From Bugula neritina (lineage: Eukaryota > Animalia > Bryozoa), in assembly GCA_964035545.1 (NCBI GenBank), contig OZ037765.1, positions 11,356,698-11,420,697 of the forward strand: a stretch of DNA of 64,000 nucleotides, read 5' to 3'. This document shows positions 38,101-50,100 of the stretch, piece by piece (the stretch's first letter is position 1; each line of letters begins with the position of its first letter). The position numbers were made by a program, and so were the translations under genes. The notes below the pieces were generated by a model that saw only the letters and a list, made by a program, of their open reading frames with translations, was not told the origin of the DNA and did no database searches.

Positions 38101-41100
38101 ATGTACTGTAGACCTCCTTCTGCCACCAGTTTGAAGACCATTTCTATGGTGAATATCCCAATAAACAAGTAATTGCTTTTCTCAACAATTTCTGTCAGTA
38201 TGTCAGGCTGTAAGTTTATATAAATAATAACTGCACTCAAAAATATAGATAGAAGCCATATATAGCATTTAATAACAAATTAAGCTTACTATTCAAATAA
38301 ACTTTTAGATGCTCTAAATAATGATTAAGTAGTAAATAATTTAATAAAAAAACATCCTTCTTCACATTTTGCATTCTATTATGTTTAAAATAATGTGTTG
38401 CTCTTTTAACTTGATGTTTTCACAATACAATGAAGTTTGTTAAAGTTAATTAAGTCATCAATAAACTATAGATATAAAAAGCAAGCATATAGTTTCAATT
38501 ATTTTTTTATTTGTGTCAAATTTATTAACGGTGATTTTTTGCACTATCATTGCCTTCATATGAATAGCTTAACTTCCTTCTTTGCAAATAATTCATAATT
38601 AACTCTTATATCACTATTTCATTAATGTTTAAAGTACAGAGCAATACTCTATTCATTAGAATTTTGCCGCAAGCAAGCTGGTCTACTTCAATCTTGAATA
38701 ACATTAGTTAAATATATTAGATTTTTCCTGCAAGCCAATTTCAGCTTTGATAAAATCAATTGATTGTAATTACAACATGCAGCCATCATTAAACATTAAA
38801 TTTTTGAGCTCATTTATGGAGGCTGCAGGCAATAAAATATTGAACGCAACTTTTATCAAAACATGCATACAGAAAAATAAACTTCGTATAATTTAGAAGA
38901 ACTTATTGAGCCCTTTCGCAATTGAAAAACGCAAAACTTTTCTGAATAAATTGGAAAGTAATTCATTTTAATTTAACAAAACTATGTCCAGTTTGAAGTA
39001 AACAAGATGTATAAATGTTATAAAACTAAACAGCGAAGATGGAAGCAAATGATGCTCTGCATTAATGATACAGTTCAGTTGAATTTAGCATTTTATATGA
39101 TTTGTTGTTGAAAACATCATGAAGTGGCTATATAATAGAGTTTGCACAAACATTGGACATAATTGAATATTGGCAGCACAAGAAGTTGTCTACCCTAAAG
39201 CTGAAGGCTAATAATTGAGAACTCGAGCAAAACAGACGAGTTTACCTGCAAATGGTTTATTAGAAGGTTTTATTCGCTATGTAAAAATATTCAGTACCAG
39301 AAAATGCATTCTTTTTTAGATGCTAGATTATAAGTTGTGCTTTTTTCTAGAAATTCTCTGTTTGAGACCACTCACTCAGAAGGTTTCACTACATAATACT
39401 CAATATTCAATAACATTGCATCTGTTTTTTTTGTACTAAAAAGTTATTTAAAATGCATGTATTAGACACTTGGCCATTTATTCTTCACTTGTGAAATAGG
39501 CCTGTTTACTGGAGTATATACAATTCAATAAACTAACATGCAAAGTAATATATTGAAGCATTTTTTTTAAATAATAAATCTCTAATAATAAACCTATAAG
39601 CTTATAAATTAAAATTCTATAAACCTGATTGTGATGCTCTACTCCCATCATGACTGTGTTAACCAAGATAGCTATCATGATGAAGTTCCGGAAAGCTCTG
39701 CTATTCACTATAACCTGCATACGACTCCTCATTTTTGACAATTTTTCTACAAAAAGAGCAATTGGTCAGTAACCATTTAAGTATGCGATGCTTCTTTCAT
39801 TTTTGTCGCCATTATTTTCAGCTAAATCTACACACCACCAGTATAAACGCTGTAGTCCTATAGCAGCAGGTATTTGTGTGCATTCCTCATCAATTATTTA
39901 TTGTATCACCCACAACGTGTAAAACAAATATACTAAATTATTGCAGTTGAATTAAAAATGGCAACTTAACAAGTCCACCTACATAGAAGAAAACATGAAA
40001 ATCAGTCAAACATATATTTAAAGTATGTGGCTAATAATCTATCTTAAAAGCAACTAGCAAAGAGTTTCACACTTTTCAGCTTTCAGCATAGCAAAATGAG
40101 GTAAGTCATATATGCATACAGTTTTTGCAGTTGCTCACAATAAACTATGTGAAATACATCTGTAATTCTAAAGCCAATGTTGTGTTGGGTAAATGATTTC
40201 AATGATGAATAGAACATCTCATAGCATATGAATAGTGCTTCACTTGACTGTATGGTGTTTACTCCATTATATTGATGCATAAAATTACTTAATCTAAAGG
40301 AAATTAAGCCGTCCTTCAATGTCCGATGATAATAGGATGAGCTGAATGATGCCAACAGCACAGTAAACAGGTATTGATCAGCTAAGACTGCAAAGCGACA
40401 GTAAAATAATGCTGACTCAGTCTGCTGAATCTAATCTAAAATTCAGCGGATCTTCAGTACACAGTTACTAGTCAGTGTAGAAGGCTTACACTGCGTCTGG
40501 GTTCGGCATTCTCTACTGTCATTAATCATTTTGCAGCCAATTTCTAGGTTAAAAAATGCCATTAGCTATGATTTAGAAGCAATTTATTTTCAAAGTGAAT
40601 TCAATTTACTAGGTCAATGAAATGAAAAAGTCTTCATCAAAGTATGCCCAAAGGTTATTTCTGATTTAAATTTATTATCGTCCTACGCGCAAATGTTTGT
40701 TTCTCTGATTCTGCAGACGCTTGAACACCATTTGATATAAATTTCCTGTTGACAGGCAATAAATATTTCTCCACTACTATAAGTCTATAACCAATCTACT
40801 GTTTATTACCAACATTATAACTTAAGTAACAAATTTACAATCTTTCACTTTAAAAGAACTTGGGGGGGGGGAAGAGGTGGGACAACGATTATAATACAGC
40901 TGTTTAAAATTGAAAAACAAGTATGAACCAATCATTTACTTTCCCTGGCAGGGCACTTCTACACTTGATACTGTGTTACAAACTTTTAGTAGTTGATAGA
41001 CCTGAATAATACCTATGAGCTAAATTTGAGCACAAAATCTCAGGAAAAGATACCATTACTGTGGCATAGCAAAGCTCCAATGATATAATGGTTATATGAC

Positions 41101-44100
41101 AAGCAAAAAAATTTCAGGCCTACATATTCACCATTCTCAAAGACATTAATCGCGGAGAAAAAATTTAACAGTGCAAAAAACCATGTAAAAGTAAAAAATA
41201 ACTAAATTTAAATTTAGTTTAGAGCACTGTCGAAGTTTATACACACAACAGTTACGGTAATCGCATACACACAGTAAAACTTTTACTTTTAAGAGTTGCC
41301 TTTTCTTTCACACAAAAACTACCTCAAAACAGCCTACGCTTTGCTATCAATACTGTAAAGGGCAAATAAATCTACAAATAAATAATACTCTCTTTCATAA
41401 CATGGAGATTGACCACAGGGGTTGTAGCGAGATGTGAGCTTGAAGTTAACCATAACCAAACCATACACCGAGTTACAGAGAAGATTCCAGATGATATCAG
41501 CCATTACATACCCAGTATTGAGCCCATAGCAATATATCAGGATTAGCAAAAGCCATTTTAAAAGCTTTATTACATTCGCAGCAACAAGTAATACATAATT
41601 GCAGCCTCCCATAAAGTTTAATGAGTATATTCAGATTGATATGTATGAAATCAAGCAAGTAACTAGCATAATATTGCTAGGATAGAAAGGATAGCATCTT
41701 TACCAAAGGACATGTAGAATATTTGCTAAAAGTTAAATTACCATTTTCTGGATTTTCTACAACAATGTTATAAAAAATTAGTGTAGATTTGACACAAATT
41801 GCAAGCGCAGAGAAGAAATTTAGTACAAAATTACTGTCATACTTAGAAAGTTAGAAATTTTCATTTTGAGGTTATAGATTTAGTTTTCTAAACTTAAAAA
41901 ACTATAACACCAAGTTAATCTGTAGTTTAGCTAAATAGTTATTTAAATTCATCAGTTGAACCAAAGGTCTAGAAAATCACTTTCCGGCAGATTGTCTCTT
42001 ATTAAACAATCTGCAGAAAGGTTCTGATAATTAATAACATTTTATTTATTTACTGATTCACAAAATTAAATTTTATTTTAGCATGCAAAAACCAACCTCT
42101 GGCAATGCCAAATCTGCTCACGGCCTTCGTCTTGTCTTCAGCTTTCTTTTTCTGATTCTCCACACACAAATGCTGACACTCGGGGCAACATAGACCACAA
42201 ATGTTTTGCAAGTAACTAAACTGTGAAAAGCTTGATCTCTGCTTTTCAGCTGAAAAAGAAACAAACTATTCTTAATAAATGGCAGTATTTTCTTGATCTA
42301 TTTTCAGGGTGTGGCTTAGAGAGTGCTGAAATAGAAAATAAGAAACAATACAATGCTGATAGTGGCAATCAAACCCACTCAGCTAAAATTGAAAACTACT
42401 TAGCAAAATTTATTTATTATACAGACTTGAGTTCCATTTTTACATTAGCATTATGATTATTATTAAATACAGAAATGGCATGATTATTCTCCAACACATA
42501 TGTGGTCTGAACTCAAGGACATAATGGTATATATTAGAATATTATGAATGAAAAGCCAGTTTTCTACTCAAACAGTGTTTTATCAATAAAAACAATTTCA
42601 GTCTGTCTTTGACCTCAAACATTTTTTCCATTAAACAGAACATTGAATTGAGTAGTAACTATCATTAACAATATAATTTGTGGTTTTAACATACATTTTA
42701 TAAATAAAATTTATACATTATAGTTAAAAAGTATAAAATTTGCATGATGATACTGACTGCATTTACTAAAGTAGTAGTTACTATGACACTTGAAAAACTT
42801 GCGTTTGTATCATTACAGCTCTTTTGGAACTTTGTACTACTTTGCTCATTGGGTACAAGAAACATACTCGCAATGACAATTGAGTTAGTAGTACACCAAG
42901 AGCAAAATGTACAAGAATTTGATTTCCATCTTTAGACATTTGCTCAAGCATGCAATAACACAGACTAATAATTTTATTTAGATTATTGCTGATAAAAATA
43001 ATCGTGACTTACGTAATGATGGTTTAAAATGGTTAACTCCATTACTAATCATTCCACCGGATAATGCATAGCTGTGAGAACGAGGTGCACTAGTATAAGA
43101 GCTGCGTGATTGGATAGAATGAACACTTCCCATATCACCTGGTACTCTTAGTCTATTTGAGAGAGTAGGTGAAGGAAAACCTAGACTACCATGAGGTACC
43201 ATCAGGTGATTGCCTTGACTTGATGACCTGCAAATAAAATATTTACTTTTCTAATAAACGAGAAAGATATTTGTTTTTGAGTTAATATTTGAAAACCAAA
43301 TTTTAATTCAAAAATTGTGAAATGCATTTAGTAGGTAATTCTTTTAAGGAGATGAAATCAGAAGCGCCAATATCTGGTATTACTGAAATCTGGACTTTAG
43401 AGTTTATAAATAAATCCTGTATCTATACTCTAGCTACTCTCTCATTTTTGAAATTTGATAAATGTTTCAAAAGCAATTACCTACATGGGCCAAGTTTAAG
43501 ATTTATTTAAATTCAGGTATTGGAAGGCTTATCATTTATTCAACTTCTGCGATTACTCAGCCATCAAAATGTGTCACAGCTAATTGGCTATCATTTAGTA
43601 TAGGCTACACAGTTTAAATGTACATTGTACCAATTGGATCTAGCAGTTGCATGCCTTATAAACTTGAAAAAAAGTTTAATGGGCTAGTATATTCCAATAG
43701 TTTATTCTGACATTTGCTTCACACTAAAGTTAGTTAAACTTACATTGTTTATAAAATAAAACTAAAAGGAAAATTTCACTGCCTGCAGTGAGCAAGCCAA
43801 GAGAATAGAACAACAGTTACAGCAACAAGCTGCAGAAAAAAAGTCTGCAGTGAAGATTTGAGTTTTTTCATCGTGGCTTTAAAATGAGGGCCGTTGAATT
43901 TACTTTTGACATGGATCCAATTTTCAAAAAGGCTAGGATTTTTGCCTGATGGAAACATTTATACTATACATGCAAAATACAGTATAAAACTAGCCATTGA
44001 TCATGAATAGCTAACGCCTGAGATCAAAAACATTGCTATCACAAATATATATCAACAAATCTCGAAATGTCTATACCCAACATGCTGGCACCATCAACAT

Positions 44101-47100
44101 ATGATATGAAAGAGAAAACGCAAATATCTGCCAGGCTAGTAAAGGTACTTCCTAGTAGACTTCATGAAATTCATAGCATTGCTGATTCCACAAGAACATA
44201 AGCTATAAATATTCATGAACAGGTAATTCTGAATACAATTAATAGATATACTGACAGCTGATTATGTAGAGAAATTGGAGAACACTTGCCTAAAGAGAGG
44301 AGGATGACTGTCTGTGAGTGATTTGTGTTCACACAGACTTTGGGGAGAGTGCAGAGCTGGTTTCACTTGTCTATATGAGAGTTGAGGAGACGAGAGTGGT
44401 GAAGGATACACGGAGGGCGGTCTACTTCCACTAGTAATGCTATGAGATGACAGACTTGCTCTCTGAGGCAGCACATGCAACAACGCTGCATTCTCTGGCC
44501 CTTCATTGGCATCAACAATTACCTGGCAAAAAATTTAATGATTTCAACATATTCTAAACCCCAGGTATCTATTGTTTAACAAATCTGCTGTTCAAACAGC
44601 TAGTTTATATTTTTTCAGCAAAATATAGAAGATTTACTCATTTGTATTACATACATTTATTCCACCATTTTTCACGCTGTTTGAGTTAGCAGGAATGGCA
44701 CTGGAGTTGAATGAAGTTTCATCTTGTTCAGAAGAAACTAAGATTACAGGATCTAAACTAATGGGGCTTGTTTTGCTACTTCTTCTAAAAAACCTGGGAC
44801 TGGCATTCATTTGCTTTGTAAGTCCAAAATATGATATGGTATCTATGTCACTGGGTTCTGGCGAGGCAATCGGCGCTGTCGTCGTATTCTCCATTAAAGC
44901 AGTCACGTGATAGCATGGTCTACAATGGACGTGGTCTGAAAAGACGTTAAGTTTTATATCAGTAGATGCGTTTTCGTCAGCTTCCGGTGGATTTGGATTA
45001 CGTTTATTTAACCAATTCCTGTAAGACCGCTTAATCTTTCTTCCTGTTTTTCTGCATAAATATATTACATATTTCAGCATTTGGTTGTAACATCCATCGT
45101 TTTCTGTTTTAGTGCTGGTAAGCGTAGTGGAAGACTTGTAACGTTTTCGCTCTTCTGCTATTTTCTCCGTTTCTCGGCGCTTAGTTTCGGAGAACTGAGT
45201 GGCAATGACCACCAGGAATAAGTTAACCATAAAGAATGAGCCAATCTGTGCAAAAAATAGATAAAACAGATTTTAATTCTGCCCTGGCATCAAAAATTGT
45301 GGATAGCATACCATCATTTTTATGCCTCAAGGGCCACCAGACAATATGGAAATGGTAGTTAACCTCAACCTTTCCAGTCAGTTTTGGCAATCACTAATAA
45401 GTAATTGAATGCATCAAATACAATACCATTAGAAATTATTTATGCATGGTATTTCAGTGTCCTGAAGCACAGTCTAGCACTATACGAGTGACATGACCTT
45501 AAACTAACTGGGAATTGAGTTGATGATGTCATAGATTCACCAGTATCACCAGAAATGATTCTTTGTCCTGACTTAGATAAATTTCTATAGTAATTCAAAG
45601 ATAACTAGACTGCCAAATATACTTCATGAAATTAGTTAATATAACCAACAAGAAACTGTATCAAAAGATTAAAGTCAAAACTATATTTAGCTTTTTATGC
45701 TCTAACTGGTTTACAAATGTACTGCTACAATTATGATTTAAAATTAATTATAATAGAAACCTCTGTTTTACACCCAGGTTTTTGTCGAACATTAAGCTAC
45801 AAATAAAATCAAAGTGAAATTAAATGTGCAAAAGTAGGAGTCTTATATTTATTGGGTAGTACTGTTGTTATACATAAATATAAAATAATTTCTATATTTG
45901 AAAAGTAATCCAGGTTATCAATAATGCTACATACACAGATATAATACACATCTTTAAAGAAAACTCACTCACGCAAGTTTATAGTCGCTATCTCTGTGAG
46001 AAACCCCTGGTGTAAAGGGGTTTTTTTTGTTAAAGCAGGCTAAAAATTTATTTAAATGAAGCACAGGAGCAATTATGACTGGATGCTCTTCCTAACATCA
46101 CCAATGGCCTTTGTCCAGACTCGGATCAATGACCTCGTGTTTACTAGGCAAACGCTCTAACCCCTACAGAGTCTAGACCAACCCAATTTCCATCTCCTCT
46201 CCCTAGTCTTTACTATCTCTTTCAAAATGATAATTTCGCAATCATATTGTACTTACCACTATTAGAGCTAGGAAGTAGACCCACACCCAGAAGGAATGCA
46301 CATCTTGAATATAGTACATGATATCCACCCATCCTTCCATACTAATTACCTACAAGAGCAATGACTGGAGATGACAACAGAGGCCATGATATTCTTTGAC
46401 CACCTGTATCTATATTAAAAGTCTACAATCACTTTTTAGTAAAATCTACTTCTTCTTTTGTGGTATCAATCGGGGACTATCATTTAAAATACAACCTAAG
46501 ATTTTGTTAATGTCTATATTATTGTAGAAAAGTTCCAAAGATCAATTCTGTAAAGTTAAAACTAATGGGCACTTTGAAAGATCCACTCTTCGTTGAGTAC
46601 TTTCAACATCTTATACAAACAAAGTGCTATCAGAAAGTTGTGTTAATTGAGCTCTTTAGAATAAGTAATGAAACAATGAACTGTTATGATGTCTAGACTA
46701 TATAGAGTAAAGATAGCTTCAGCCAACAGCAATAATGTTATTTCACCTCATTGCTTATATAAAATTATCATATAATAGCATCATTAACCATATTCAAATT
46801 CAAGTTTGCAATAGGAAGTAGTAGACAAGTAATACCTGGAATATTGCTATCCAAGCACTCGCTATGTTATCAAAAGAAATAGCCTCCTGGAAGGGGTTAG
46901 GCCCTTCAGGTTTGCACTCCGTATAGTACTGATTGATGTTTATACAACTTCCGTTTTCTTTAGGTAGATAGTCAGGATCTAATAGTTCTGGGGAGAATGG
47001 CTCGGTGCAAGGGATTTCATTCTCAAGAGTAGGTTCTATTGCATCACATGACAACATACCATTGTTTTCAGGACCAGAACAAATGAACTCTAAGCTAGAC

Positions 47101-50100
47101 CATGATCCAGTGTAGTATGGATTTACATCATTTGTTCTGAAAAGCAACAATGTATGTTATTATTTAGGAAAACAAAATATAAAACAGATATCATGTTTAG
47201 GCAACAAACCAAGTGCTCTTTATCAGTCAAGACAACATGTAGAGTAATTTCTGTTCCTGCAAATTTACTTTATACTGCCACTAACTCTGCTAGCTAAAGT
47301 CCATTATGGTATATGCTTGTTTTGTTTACTTTCAGGGGCTGAGAAATATGTTCTGCAAAACTTTTATAGCTACGCTGAAAGTTTGGCATGTACCGGTGAA
47401 TTGAAAATAAGCATTTTTAGTTTTTGCAAAGTTGTAATAGTTGTTAGAGAATATTATCCAATAAGCACAACGTGTAGAAGAAACTAGCTAAACACTTTTT
47501 TTAATTATCAAACTTGTATTGTAGAGTTATAAAAATGAATGCATAGCCACCATGTTTTGGAAAAAAGATTAATTATTGATAAGATATATTGATAGTAGAA
47601 AGCTTAAAAGGCTGGGCTACAAATTTGCATAAATAATGCAAGTGTGAATATTATTGAAATGATATTGTCCACTTATATGCCAAAATCAATGCCATTGAGA
47701 TCAAATATAGTATTATGATACATATTTGCCATATAAAAATAAGGCTTTGAATAAAATTATATGTGGAGATACAATGTTTGACGCGTCATTAGTAACAATG
47801 GTCTTCATTGCTTATATTCATTTTGAAACATTACGGCAGCTTCATATTTTTATGAGCCTGAGCTACTTCTTCATATTTGTTGAGGCTGTTTTAAGTAGCA
47901 ACAACTCAATTTACCTCCTGACTTAGTTTGCTGATACAGCAGCAAAATTATGTTATTCTGATCTCATGCTGTTAAAATCATATTGATTTTTAACCATAAA
48001 GCTGTGAAAAGTTTTTAGAATAAAACTGCAACTAGGAATTAAAGTTGAAGTTCATTTAAAAACAAACTGTCAATGTATTGTAATGGCATCAAACAATATG
48101 CTGTTCTCAATCATGGTCAGTTTGAGCTAGTATTTTGTAACCATGTGTGTAGGAGCTGATCAATGCTATAGGACTAGTTTGAAAATAGCAAACATCCATT
48201 GCCTTGGTTAAACCCTTATTAAAAATCAAAAAGTGGCAATGCAGAAGAACAAGAACTTATGTTTAAAAATACTAAAATGACAACTTTTGCATAAAATTAG
48301 CATTTGCCTATTGAAAGCTAAAAATGTAGATTACCAAGCACAAATTTAAGTAAAAATAAACCACAATTATGGGGGTTTTTGTCAAAGAAAAAGGGTATTT
48401 TATCTGATTTGACTAGTGGTCATTTAGAATACCAGATAATTGAAATAATTTGGCTTTTCAAGTAATATGTGGGTGGTGTGAATCATTTTTACTGCACAAC
48501 CAGATTGGGCAAAACCAACGAATCATTCATTCTGTACTTGTCTCGCCAGAGATTGTTAAATTAAATTCTCAACAGCTCAAAGTTCGGCAACAACAAAATA
48601 AGAAAAATAGATTAGATTCTCACCTATTATACATAAGGTAGACATCGCTGATACGTTGCGTCATATTTTCAGACATGAAGCACCTCTGCTTGAGCATCCC
48701 TGCCCAAAGCTGAACACCGAGAATACCGAAGATAAAGAATACAAAGAAGCATATAAGTAGCACATTGCCCAACATAGGCAGCGTGTCAAGCAGCAACATC
48801 ACTAGGATTCGTAAATCTACAACAGAGTAAAAAGTACAAAATGTCAGACACGGTTTGAGGATAGCAACGTAATGAGTTACCTGCAGGTTTCAAATCTGGT
48901 TGAGCACATCACACAGATCAAATCAATATTATGCTGCCAGTAGCAGCAGCAGCAGCAGCAGAATACTAGTACAATTTAGTAGGTGATGGATGACACAATG
49001 GGGAATTCACAGCACAGCGCTGAGGTATTGCCTCTACTGACCTTGTTATTGCATAATAAATTGCTATTGTTGGTTGTTATTATTGCAAATTGAATAGAAA
49101 AATTCCTAGTATATGATAGAGACATCCTGGAAAGCTTGCAAACAGGGGAGGACTTCCAGTTTTGCAGAACATTAATCCTAACAAAATTTTTAGCCCAAGA
49201 ATTTATTTGTCCTTGAGATGTTACAAGTCTAGTTGCTAAACTAAACATTAACTGCATTGCCAAAAGTATCTCAGTCTGTGTCATGTACCAGTCATGCATG
49301 TGAGTTATGTGAGTCCTGTGAGTTATGCGCTATACCAGTAATAGGTCACATGTACTTACTTGGAATTCGGTTTATTGCGCGAAGTGGTCTCAAGACTCTA
49401 ATAGTTCTAATTGCAGAGAGGTTGATTTCACCATTTCCCATACCATATTCAGCAGCACTGTAGCAAAAATATCAAAAACTTGTTCTAGAATAATAGTGCC
49501 AGTCTTGCCGTTTGTTCAAAGATTTACCGCAAATATAAAACAAGTAATTTGTTTATAGCTGGTAGACATTTTCATGTTTACTTAGGGACAATTTGGCAGC
49601 ACATGGGAACAGGGTTATTTACAGAACTATCCTACACTCTTCTGTGAAACTAACCTAACACCAATAATTTACAAAATTGAATCAATTGCTTTTATTTCAA
49701 CAACAGAAGCCCAAAGTTAACTTAGTGAGCAGCACAGAAGTATATTTATATACTCCAAAGTCCAAGGAAACTTTGTGAAGTTTTTCAATAAAAAATTGTG
49801 TTTAAAGCTCCATCACCACTGACATGAGTCCACCAATTATAAAATTTGGTAGCTACGAGCTTGTTAAAAATAAACCTATGAAGAAAAGATTAGTTTCAAC
49901 TAATCAACAAGCCATTTCACTTATACTTAGCTGAGCACTAGCAATATGGCATCCAATATGGCATCCAATATGGCAGTCTAGCAGCCAAGTGCTGACAGTA
50001 TGAAGGTGAAAGCATCACTCACTCAACCTTTTAGCTACCAAATTGCTGCAAACAGTCCCAGCCTAGACCACTACACACATTTACCTCTATACGACGGTAC

